Shown here: positions 42,501 to 53,924 of the stretch, piece by piece
Numbering within the stretch: position 1 is the first letter of the stretch
Layout: every line of letters begins with the position of its first letter
Source of the DNA: Bugula neritina
Taxonomy: Eukaryota > Animalia > Bryozoa
Direction of reading: 5' to 3'
Length of the DNA: 64,000 nucleotides
Assembly: GCA_964035545.1 (NCBI GenBank)
Contig: OZ037765.1
Location: forward strand, 7,078,698 to 7,142,697
The notes under the pieces: generated by a model
Told to the model about the DNA's origin: nothing
The model's database searches: none
What the model saw: the letters and a program-made list of their open reading frames with translations, nothing else
Translations under genes and position numbers: made by a program

Positions 42501-45500
42501 TGCTTACCTTTTTTTAGTGGAATACAGCTGATGTAATGGAAACAGAATTTGAAGATCTAGGTAATTTTTTTAATATTTAATATATCGTGAATTGGTTTTG
42601 CTTGCTGCAAAGCCTTACGTAAGACTATCTCAATACCCTCTTTTGCTGACATTTTGTTTACTGAAAAATTTCCTACCGTTGAATACAAACTTCTTCTTGT
42701 TAAATGGATGTCATTCTTTTTAAAGTCTAACTTCCTTCTAGTTTTATTTACTGTTTCTTCATGTCTGATTGTAGTTAAAGGAGATACGGAAATATTTAAT
42801 AAATTCTTGAAGGCTCACAAGTGTTACGATTTAATACCAGCCAGTGCCAAGCTGGTAGTCTTCGACACTCAACTCAGTGTGAGTATCTACTAGTCCTTAA
42901 CTCTCAACTCAGTGTGAGTATCTAGTAGTCCTTTACTCTCTACTCAGTGTGAGTATCTAGTAGTCCTTTACTCTCCACTCAGTGTGAGTATCTAGCAGTC
43001 CTTAACTCTCTACTCAGTGTGCGTATCAAGTAGTCCTTTACTCTTAACTCAGTGTGAGTATCTAGCAGTCCTTTACTCTCTACTCAGTGTGAGTATCTAG
43101 TAGTCCTTAACTCTCCACTCAGTGTGAGTATCTAGCAGTCCTTAACTCTCAACTCACTGCGACTGTCTACAATGCTGCTATTGCAATGTTTACTATTACG
43201 TCTTAAAATGATTAATTTACAAGTTTTTCCTTGAACCTTTGCTAATATAAACTGTTGAGTGTCATGCAATAATACCCTTTCAGCCAGCCTAGTATGACTT
43301 CCCATTCCATGCGTATGACTCACTGGTTTAGGTGGGAAGGGGAGGTAGTGATGCTAACTGCAACGGTTTGATTTATGTCCACATGATATGCAGTAGCTCT
43401 ACATAATGACCTTGAACTAAGTGTATCCATCTGTCAGTTGATGTAAAATGAAAGTGCTGCTTCTTCAAATAAAGCCTGGCTTTTAATCAGAACTCTAAGA
43501 GCAGCCAGGTGCCAAAATAGCTGCCGAGTTTGCATGGGAAAACATATGGCTCAGTTATGGTATTCTCTTCTTTGATCACAGTCCAACCTCTGAAATAAAG
43601 CTAATATCCATACATGGTTATTTATATTTCAGCCATCCGTCTGATCAACCATTATTTATGTTAGTCTGATCAACAAGAACTGAGTGTAAACTATCATTTA
43701 TCTGTAATTTGCTTTTTGCAATAGAAATACTTGATCAAAGTTTCACAGTATATTCTTTAATTGAAAAAATATTGTTTAGCTTTGCATAAACCTATAAACA
43801 ATAATAGTGATTTTTATATCTGAATTTAGTATAACAACATAACATGGGGATAGAGTGGGGCAAGGTACTGTGGGGTAGGGCAGGGTGATATAGAGTAGGG
43901 TACTATAGAGTAGGGTAGGGTACTATAGAGTAAAGTAGGGTACTGTAGAGTAGGGTACTGTGGGGTAGGGTACTGTGGGGTAGGGCAGGGTAACATGGAA
44001 TAGAGTAGGGTACTATAGAGTAGAGTAGGGTACTGTAGAGTAGGGTACTGTGGGGTAGGGCAGGGTACTGTGGAGTACTGTGGGGTAGGGCAGGGTAACA
44101 TAGAGTAGGGTAATATAGATTAGGGTAGGGTACTATGGAGTAGAGTAGGGTAATGTAGGGTAGAGTAGGGATAATAATATCAATACGAATACACCATTTT
44201 GAAACTGCCTCCCACTCACTATCCGCAGGTGCAACTCACATTCAAATTCCAGAGTGGCTTCTTTTACCAAGATTATATCTTTCCCTATTTAACAATAACA
44301 ATACTACATCAGTTATAGAATAAGTCAGTCCTTTAAACTGTTAGCCTTTTCATTAACTAAAAAAATTGACTAGCATTAATATAGTAAAAACTGAAATAAA
44401 ATTCACTATTTCACAGTCTTGCCGCTTTGTCTATAAAATCTACTGTTGGAGTTATCTCTCCTTGCAGGTGAAGAAGGCATTCTACGCCCTCTCATACAAC
44501 TGTGTGAAGGCAGCACCTCTCTGGGACAGCTCTAAGCAAAACTTTGTTGGAATGCTGACTATATCCGACTTTATCTTCCTCCTCACAACCTACTACAAGA
44601 CCCCAGAGGTGTGTATACTGTGTGTTGTGTATACTGTGTGGTGTGTAGACTGTGTGGTGTGTAGACTGTGTGGTGTGTATACTGTGTGGTGTGTATACTG
44701 TGTGGTGTGTGTACTGTGTGGTGTGTGTACTGTGTGGTGTGTGTACTGTGTGGTGTGTATACTGTGTGGTGTGTATACTGTGCGGTGTGTATACTGTGTG
44801 GTGTGTATACTGTGCGGTGTGTATACTGTGCGGTGTGTATACTGTGCGGTGTGTATACTGTGCGGTGTGTGTACTGTGTGGTGTGTGTACTGTGTGGTGT
44901 GTGTACTGTGTGGTGTGTGTACTGTGTGGTGTGTGTACTGTGCGGTGTGTATACTGTGCGGTGTGTGTACTGTGCGGTGTGTGTACTGTGCGGTGTGTGT
45001 ACTGTGCGGTGTGTATACTGTGCGGTGTGTATACTGTGCGGTGTGTATACTGTGAGGTGTGTATACTGTGTGGTGTGTATACTGTGTGGTGTGCATACTG
45101 TGCGGTGTGTATACTGTGCGGTGTGTATACTGTGCGGTGTGTATACTGTGCGGTGTGTATACTGTGTGGTGTGTATACTGTGCGGTGTGTATACTGTGTG
45201 GTGTGTATACTGTGTGGTGTGTATACTGTGCGGTGTGTATACTGTGTGGCATGTATACTGTGCGGTGTGTATACTGTGTGTTGGTTATACTGTGTGGTGT
45301 GTATACTGTGTGGTGTGTATACTGTGTGGTGTGTATACTGTGTGGTGTGTATACTGTGCGGTGTGTATACTGTGTGGTGTGTATACTGTGCGGTGTGTAT
45401 ACTGTGTGGCATGTATACTGTGCGGTGTGTATACTGTGCGATGTGTATACTGTGCGGTGTGTATACTGTGTGGTGTGTATACTGTGGTGTCTGTAGTGGA

Positions 45501-48500
45501 GGTAGGTGCAGGAAGAAGGAGGAATTGAGAAAAGCCTGTGTTCTAGATTAGAAATGTAACAAAAGAAGTTGCGTTCTCATAAGAATTTCAACCCACACCC
45601 CAAACTTAGGCCATCCCATTTTCTCCACTACTGCTCCTAAATGCTGTGGTTTTGGTAGTTTTGGTGTAGTGTTTGCTGTGTAGTATGTATATTGTAGTGT
45701 GTAGTGGTATGTTTAGCTTGTAGTGGTATATTGTAGTGTGTAGTGGTATGTTTAGTATGTGGTATGTTTATATCTACCCATTGAGTATAGACATCTCTGT
45801 GAATTGTGCATATCTATCAGGCATTACTGTGTACAGATATCATTGCATGTCAATTTATTTTGTTAATGTTGTTGGCCAGTAAACACACAGTGCCTGGGCA
45901 GTACTTGCCACAATCTATGTAATGGGATCTTCTAACTTGCAAACTCTGCACACAATTGCAATTTATTGAATGCTTCAAAACTTGCAATTTGCCAAATCTA
46001 TTTTGATTTCGATTTGCCAGCCAACTTTTCACATTTATATGACTATTTCAACACATATTTTACTTTTAATAATTCTATGCAGGGCTGAGGCCAACTGTCA
46101 GGTGAAATTGAAGCAGCGTTTCTGCGTAATTCAATTTATTCTAATCTTCTGCATTCACTGTGAAGAATTTATTTTTCTGCATCATAAATAATTTTTTAAA
46201 TCGCAGTCAGTTGTAGACTTGGTATACTTATATTATCCAATCAGCAAACTTGGCCACTTGTTGCATAGCTGTTAATTTTTTTGCCAAAATTAATGGGGAA
46301 TGTATTCAGTGTCCAAAGTATTACTCATTATTTAATTGTTGAGGTTTTCCATCAATAAGTCAAAGTAAAATCAGTTAATTATTCAAGTAAAATATTATTG
46401 TATGTAAGTAAGCTTATAATTTTGTCCAAGCTTCTATGCTACAATATGCCAAGTTTGTAAGTCTATCCAAAGTTATTTTTACTTAATTCAAAGATAGAAG
46501 TAGGTGTAGTGATGGAGAAAAGCCTGTGTTTCAGATTAGAAATGTAGCAAAAGAAGTTATGTTCTCAAAAGAAGTTCAACTGGTGCCCCAAACCCAAATT
46601 TATTAAGAAAATTAAAGAACTTAGGCTATCTAAATTTCTCCACTACTGCTCCTAAATGTAAAAATATCTTTTTTATAAATTAAAAATAATTGCATTTTTA
46701 TTAAAATTACTACATTTAAGAAAATTTTAAATTCAACCGTTGCATTTACAGGCAAAGTTAGCTGATCTGGAGGACCATAAGATATCAACATGGCATACAC
46801 TAATGTCTGGTAGGTACGAGGGTCTGGTGTCCATATCCCCAGACGCCAGTCTCCACCGGGCAGTCAGGACTCTGCTCAGAACCAGGATACACAGACTTCC
46901 TATAGTTGACCCTCTCACCGGCAATGCTCTCTACATTCTCACTCACAGACGCGTTCTCAAGTTCCTCTACCTTTATGTGAGTCATCTTAACTCCCTTCCA
47001 TCAACCACTACAGTTTAGTGATATTATTTTGTTGACATATCTGTTTATGCATGATTGCTCTAATAATAGTCTTTAATAACTATGCACCAGGGAAACTGCT
47101 TTTTGCAGCCAGCTGTGTTTTTTATTTAAAATCCTGACACACTGTAAAAAGATTTTTATTTCGACATAAAATTGTGTAATAATAACAAAATTATTGGCAA
47201 CGATGTAATATTTCAACTAATCCTAAGTAGGCTGTTCTCTTTTATATCTGACATTCTAATTGCAGTAGTAAACAATCACAGCTCGAATGCTATTAATATT
47301 GTATGGTTTATGGCTTACCCTCGGCTTGTTTCTTGGCATCAGTTCAATTCTGCTAGCAACTTTGCAAACACCTGCAGCTCGTGTCTGTATCAGTGACATT
47401 TCAATGCAGGTCTGGATATTTATATCCAGTGCAGAAAGAAAGTAAATAAACAGAACACTAACTAGAAAACATTTGAGGGTAGTAGAAAGGTCGAGCTGAT
47501 TTTTCTTTTTCCTCCTGAAGCGGGGATTGTTGCTGTGCGTCACTGCACACCTGAGTGATGAGTTAGTTTCAAGCTCCTAATTTCATTAAACAAAACTGTG
47601 TTTTCGAAATTCTAACCACAATTTGAGAGTACTTATTTGCAGTAATTGATTACATGAGTCATTTTACTAGTTAAATAGGGAATTTAGATTTAAATAAACT
47701 TGGTAAGTAACTTTGGAAATTACTGTAATCTGTCTTGTTTCACTTGTCTCTAAATGTGTCATGTTTTACTCCATATTATCATGACTAAGAGTATTCCCAC
47801 CAATTGTTTGTGTAGATGAGACGACTTCCACAACCTATGTACATGGAGCAATCTCTAGATGAGTTGAAAATTGGAACCTATAGTAACCTGGCTAAGGTTA
47901 GTCCAACCTATAGTAACTTAGCTAAGGTTAGTTCAACCTGTAGTAACCTAGCTAAGGTTAGTTCAGCCTATAGTAACTTAGCTAAGGTTAGTCCAACCTG
48001 TAGTAACCTAGCTAAGGTTAGTTCAGCCTATAGTAACCTAGCTAAGGTTAGTTCAGCCTATAGTAGTAACCTAGCATAGCATTCTACTAGATAGTATTGT
48101 GTGCACTTCAACTTACAGCAACTTGCTTACACCTCTGTACCAGCAGCATATTAGTTGAGTGCACTTACTTACTAATGTATTACATGTAGTTTTTACTCTG
48201 CCTGGTAGGTATGAGAGTTCTATTGGTTTTATGATAGAATACATACATGTTGACATTTGTATTCAATGACTCACAGACATGTGCCTTAGAGCTGGATAAA
48301 ACAATTATGTGGGCATCATTCTAGACTCTAGCAGTAATTTGATCAAATTTGAAACTATTTGCAATAGTTTACTATTATGCATACATTAAAATTTGCATGC
48401 GTAACAGTACATCATACACCCTGTATAGCGTATATGAAGTGTTGCCCCAGGAACAGACAACTTCCCAACAGCTTTATAAAATATATATTATTAAGGTTGA

Positions 48501-50962
48501 CAATGCGCCTACTTATTGTAGTCTATAAATATCTTCCTAAATCCCTATCATGCCACTATTACTCAACATGGCGTTTACACACATTTCCTTCATAGCAACA
48601 AATGTTAGCATTAGTTAGCATTATTTGTGTGTGCTTCACTTAGGTTACCATGGAAACTAAGCTGATTGATGCCCTGAACATGTTTGTAAACAGAAGGGTC
48701 TCTGTTTTGCCTGTGCTGAACGAAGTGAACCAAGTGCTGGACATATATGCTAAGTTTGATGTCATCGTAAGTTCATCTCTTCTTAGTTTGAATCACTTGT
48801 GGAAATGGCGAAAGAAAAACTGGTTTAGTGGTTTAAAAATAGTCACAAGTCACTTTACTGTTGGCTAGTTCATAGCTGGGGCTCAATGTACCTTGGCGAA
48901 TGCATTGCTATTCCAAATAGGCAGTCATCCAAAGGCTTAACACTCTGTAAGTGTTGCTGGCAAAGTTCTTGGCACTGAGTGCACACAATGTTAATGAATT
49001 GAAATATTTATTATTTGCAAATTGCGAAACCGAAACCCTGGTCGCTAATCTATCATGAGTGTTTTGGTTTTCGTAAAATCATGAACTACTTTAATTTGTC
49101 ATTTTGAAATCTTCACATGGCAATTAATATAATTGCCATGTACTAATCAGTGTTTTGCTGTGAAAAATAGGCACTACAAAGGTGTGTTTTCATAAAAATG
49201 ATCTGAAATAAACCACAATAATCCAAATTCATTACGGTTCCACCTTTCCAGTGCCAAATAAATTAGATTTATTAAACTGTATGAGAAGTGATGCAACTGA
49301 AAATATGTTAAAGAGCCGTTATTACAGATCTACACATTTCCTTGCATGCACTTTAAAATTGAAAACATAACTCCTAACTTGCCAACTTTTAGTAGCCAAT
49401 GATGGTATATAGTAACCATTGAATATCAGTCCATTGCAGCATGCCGTTGACATTGTAGAACCTGGCTTTGGATAAGCTCTACACCAACCTAGAAATCTCG
49501 ATGGCTCACGCCATTCAAGTGAGGAAATCTCCTACAGAACCACTCCAGACTTGTTCTAAAAATGATTCACTCAAAGTCATCTTGGAGAAGCTTGTCCGTA
49601 CTGAGGTGGCTGTTTCTTATATTCTTATTCTGTTGCATTGTTTTAGCGGAGACTCAATTTTTCTATAATTTTAGTTAAAATACAGTTAATTTATATGAAA
49701 AAATTGCTATGTATGTACTACTGTATAAGTAATAAGTATTACTTATATTATATCTTTTATTTCAATCTGTAAATATCTTTCATTCATTCAGTTATAGAAG
49801 AACTCTTTATATTCATCACTTACTATATATTTATGAAGCTTGTTTGCACGTGTGTTGGTGCATCGCACACTGTATTGCTATACATGTATCCACTACAGCT
49901 AAATTATTATATGACCTACTTATCATCATTATATGACCTACTTATGATCGTACTCTTCGCTTTGATGTATTGCTTAATGGGAGTGAATTGAATTATCTAA
50001 AGGTTAAACACAATGCTATTACATGGTTTTAAGCATTAAATATTCTGTAATACTAATATTATGTTTACAGAGTTTCAAGTAATGAAATCTGAGTATCTGC
50101 ATTTCAAAGATTTCTGTTGAATTAAAGCTTTTATCTCGTTTTTTACAGGCACACAGGCTGGTGTTAGTTGATGGAGATAATAGACTTGAGGGAATTGTCT
50201 CCCTTTCAGATATACTCAATTACCTTGTATGTGAAGACCGGCATTATTCTGGAAGCTTCAGCAATGGAAGCTGTTCGGGTATGTGGCATATACTACAGTA
50301 TACTGGCTTATAACTCACCCCTTATACACTGCACTCTAACATGCAGCGCTATTCACTGCTAACTAAAATGAGCAAGGAAGGTAATTCTAGATAATCATGA
50401 CTTGCAAATTCAAATGAGTACATTATATAAATTCGCGCAAGTTTATAGTCACTATTCCTGTGAGAAACCCCTGGGTCTTTTTAAAGCTGGTTTACGACTC
50501 ATTCATATGTGGCAAAGAAGCAATTATGATTGGATGCTCTTCTTAACATCACCAATGGCCTTTACTGGGGATCGAACCCAATACTTTGGGTTTACTAAGT
50601 CAGCGCTCCAACTCGTAGGCCACGGCTGCTCCCAAAAAATTACATTACATGCTCTGTATTTATTTCAACTGGTAGGTGTTAAGCACAGCTTTTAATATAC
50701 GCTTCTGATATAGCATGCCTTATATATGCAACTCACTAGGGAATGGTTGTCGGCGCTATTTATGTTCACTCTCAATGCTGTGAAAGTGGTGTGTGTGAAA
50801 GCTACCTCTACGTTGGTTGTAGAGGATGTGTTTGAAGAGTGTAACCACCACAGCATGGGTGTTGGCAGCGACTCGGAAGATATGAGTATATCAATGTCAG
50901 ACCTGGTCATACGACCTTGCAACCATCAAACTTGTGAGTCCAATACTTCCCCCACCTTATAA
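36590..50962 (+). CDS. PRKAG: 5'-AMP-activated protein kinase subunit gamma (SNF4Agamma / PRKAG2-like long form), common exons
   Basis: Phase-consistent exons 36590-37129, 37621-37674, 38973-39012, 39576-39625, 41877-41930, 42518-42560, 42775-42878, 44468-44608, 46752-46976, 47816-47896, 48644-48766, 49459-49605, 50149-50278, 50823-50962. CBS-domain hallmarks: [25 protein letters not shown]...[66 protein letters not shown]...[12 protein letters not shown]. The N-terminal extension has RxRxxS motifs (RPRSQS, RSRSTS). Small 5' exons are less certain than the CBS exons. AATAAA at ~52742. Confidence 0.93.
40722..41204. repeat. 16-bp minisatellite (GTCACTGCYTGCAGTA) with 76-bp higher-order unit
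   Basis: Higher-order unit restarts at 40725, 40801 and 40877. Each monomer has the ACTGC/GCAGT inverted repeat. Confidence 0.92.
42866..43160 (+). repeat. 38-bp minisatellite (~8 units) spanning the AMPK gamma exon/intron boundary at 42878
   Basis: Unit ACTCAGTGTGAGTATCTAGTAGTCCTTTACTCTCT-like. The first unit begins inside the exon. Confidence 0.92.
43843..44170 (+). repeat. G-rich 5-bp-periodic compound repeat (GGGTA/GAGTA/CTGTG)
   Basis: Direct reading. Clustered GGG runs. Confidence 0.85.
44608..45490 (+). repeat. 17-bp minisatellite (GGTGTGTATACTGTGYG, ~50 units) starting at the splice donor 44608/44609
   Basis: Direct reading. Confidence 0.95.
45503..45639 (+). mobile_element. MITE-like dispersed repeat, copy 1 (internally deleted)
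   Basis: Shares GAGAAAAGCCTGTG..ATTAGAAATG and TTTCTCCACTACTGCTCCTA with copies at 46501, 57273 and 58421. Confidence 0.75.
46501..46654 (+). mobile_element. MITE-like dispersed repeat, copy 2
   Basis: ~20-bp imperfect TIRs (TAGGTGTAGTGATGGAGAAA / TTTCTCCACTACTGCTCCTA). Confidence 0.8.
47876..48075 (+). repeat. 30-bp minisatellite (6+ units) spanning the AMPK gamma donor at 47896
   Basis: AAG|GTTAGT recurs at 47896, 47926, 47956, 47986, 48016 and 48046. Confidence 0.95.
50455..50629 (-). mobile_element. tRNA-derived SINE remnant in last AMPK gamma intron
   Basis: Minus strand has A-box-like TGGCCTACGAGTTGG and B-box GGTTCGATCCC (50578-50568), followed by a non-tRNA body. Confidence 0.6.
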
Positions 50963-53924
50963 TTGTAACTAGTGTAACAGGTGGTTGAACTGCTCCATCT
51001 CTTCTATCATTTATACCCGACAATACATCTGCAGGCATGCTATAATTAATGCTATACTAGAAACTAGAATATAATGCTTATTGGCTGTCAACTCATGCTT
51101 GTAATCTGGCTTAGTTTTTCTTCCACTTTTATTTTGTAAGAACATTGACTTTAAATGCACAATAGCTTAGAAATTCATGGAATTTTTATTTCTTTAAACT
51201 AAGAATTATTATGACTGCCTGTCTCTTGATTTAATGGCATTTGATGCTCAGCAAACTTAGACGTTGTGACGCTTGCTTACAGCTTCTGTTAGCGACGACA
51301 AGATGGACGTGTTTCCTCCCGAGCCCCTGGAAGCCATATAAGCAGCTCTTAGAGGTTGAAAAGCTTTCAATGATGGTAGTCATGTAAGGAACTTACAGAG
51401 GCCATTTAAGGAATTTATGGAGGCCGTGTAAGGTGCTTATCTCTTTGCAATACTATTGGAGGGAAGCAGAAGTATTTGCAAAACTTTTATGTTGGTCGGT
51501 TCTTGTAAATATCCTTTCTGTCTTCAAATACCCGACCAGTGGATGGCTGAGTACTGTACTGAATGGGCTATCTTAGTGGTATGACATACTAGTTGTGATG
51601 TCACACAAATATCGAGCTACTAGGCACTGTTACGGAGCAAGTGTTGGGGCTATATTGTAGACACAACTATTCAAATTTTTGGACGTATTTTTCTAATATT
51701 TCAGAGCTGGCTTAGTGACTTTGAAACTGCAGTATTTCGTGGATTATGAGAGCATTGCTATTCTATTTCTTCAAAAAATGATTCTAATTGTTAAAAGCTC
51801 TGGGAATGAGTTTATGGTAGTTTCTTGTTTTAATTTGCTGCCTAATTTTACAAGCAAATAGCAAATGAGCCCATCAGCTCATCATTCATGATTTTCTTGT
51901 ATAATATAATTATATTTAGTTGATCAGTTTATAATTTTTATAGCTGATAGATAGGCATTGCAAATGATCCGGTGTCTGTCATTTTGAACAGTATTTTAAA
52001 TTTCTATATAGTACCAAATGTATTAGTAACTTTAGATTTTGTATTAAGCTGTTGGAAAAACTTTCATCAATTTGGAGTTATGCTCTCGAGTGGACATGTT
52101 CTATTGTATATAAACTGTATTTACACTCTGTTCAATTTCATAGATGTCTTTATATCTATGCCGTCCTTCCCACAATGCTACTTTTCTATTCAGCTCCTAA
52201 CATACTTATCAATAGATGAAGCATATTTTTGTCTAGAGAAAGTATCCCTAAGTATAGCATTTGCTAGCTTTACTCCATGTGGAATAATGGTCAACTTTCT
52301 ACACAAAGTAATGCTAACTACCTCCTAATGTAAATAGTACAGGCTGTATGCAATAATACTCTTTGAAACATGCTATGTAATATGTTGGATATTGCCATTA
52401 TTTTACTTGGTAGTAGTATGTAGTATAGTATTACACAGTCAGTTTTCACTGTTCTGTTTATGGTCTCATTGTATAGCATACGTATGACAGTACAGCTACA
52501 ATATCTTCTATATGTTTACTATGTTGAAACTTTGTGATGATATTACTTGAATCATGTTATTATCACATATTCTGTATACAAAATTCTGTACATTTTAACA
52601 ATTGATTATGATTTAATTACGGTTTTATACAACTCTTTGAAGAATGAAATGCAGAATGATGTTTTTGCATTTGGTATGTCGGGTCATCATGCAGCTGCTA
52701 TGTTGAACAATAATCAAAATATTACTTTTATATAAATTTCAAATAAAATGTTTCGATTTATAAAAAAAGATCATTGGAGTTGGATCATTGTTAAAAAGTT
52801 AATTTCAACAGGGTTCAAGTGAATTAGTGTAAATTTATAACCAGAAAATATTTACTATTGATGCAATGTTCATTTATATATGAATATATTCTTTTCAAAT
52901 TATTGTCTTTAGTATGTATTCTGGACATTCAGCAATGGCTTTGAAAGATATATCATTTATTGCTAACTTAACAAAAAAGATAATACGCCATTAGGTTATG
53001 TGCTTCATGTCTCAATTTGTTGAGAATAAAACAATAAACAACATAATATTTAGTGGTAGATACTTGGTTTAAAACAAGATTTTATTTTGATATTCTCTAA
53101 CATGAAAAATATATGATTTATTTGAAAATACTGCAATTATTGATAATAAGTTATAAAATATTTGAATACTTGCATTACAACTACCAACCTTTCTTTACAG
53201 GGTGAAAATTGAACAGTACTAACAAAGACATCATTATCAAAATAAATTCCATCTCTATCAATGTATATTGAAAATAATTTAGTATCCAGTATTGTCATTA
53301 TATTGGTAATAGGTAATATTTGGTAATAGTCTAACATGGTAGAATAGCAAGACTAGTAAATACAATAATTATGAGTGAAATTTCAACACCAAATCTAAAA
53401 ATTGCCAAGCTCTGGAAGATGGGAGGAACTAACGTAGGAGGAATGCATGGCATTACAGCACACGATTAAAGTAAATGAGAACACAAGTATTTAGTGTGTT
53501 ACTGGAATCCTTGGCACAACTTAGCTACCAGATAGTGCCAACAAACTGCATTAAAAATATTGCTTCACAAATGGGCTGTTTTTTAGCTGTCAACGTTAAA
53601 ATATAACTTGCATTTTAATACAGTTAATTCATGTTAGCTCCTACTAAAATAAATAAGCATACAACACTAATAAACAAACCTATTGGGATGATGCAAGGTT
53701 TTTATAAACCACCCATTGCAGTGACAAGTAAAGCAAGCACAGTATGAAAGCAGAAAATGGAGAGGTTTCAAAACTGCATACTGCAAGTTATACAGGACAT
53801 GAAAGTGTTAGCTATGAAGAAAAAATAACTTATTTTGCTACGTTAGAAAAATAAATTTAGCTAGTTTGATCAACACGACACTTGATTGAAGTTGCCAGGA
53901 CGCAGAAATACTCCACAAAGTATA

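Noticed and set aside
42866-43160. CRISPR-like appearance of 30-38-bp repeats (also 47876-48075 and 40722-41204)
   Set aside because: Units are contiguous without unique spacers, there are no cas genes, and the context is eukaryotic intron.
44366-45551. Cys-rich and His/Thr-rich ORFs of 145-306 aa (metallothionein-like appearance)
   Set aside because: Stop-free frames of the 17-bp minisatellite. Only 44468-44608 is a real exon.
49115-49141. Perfect 12-bp inverted repeat ACATGGCAATTA/TAATTGCCATGT
   Set aside because: Isolated intronic palindrome with no supporting context, and too short for a miRNA precursor.
50556-50629. Possible tRNA gene
   Set aside because: A/B boxes are present but there is no clean acceptor stem or cloverleaf. 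Better explained as a SINE head.
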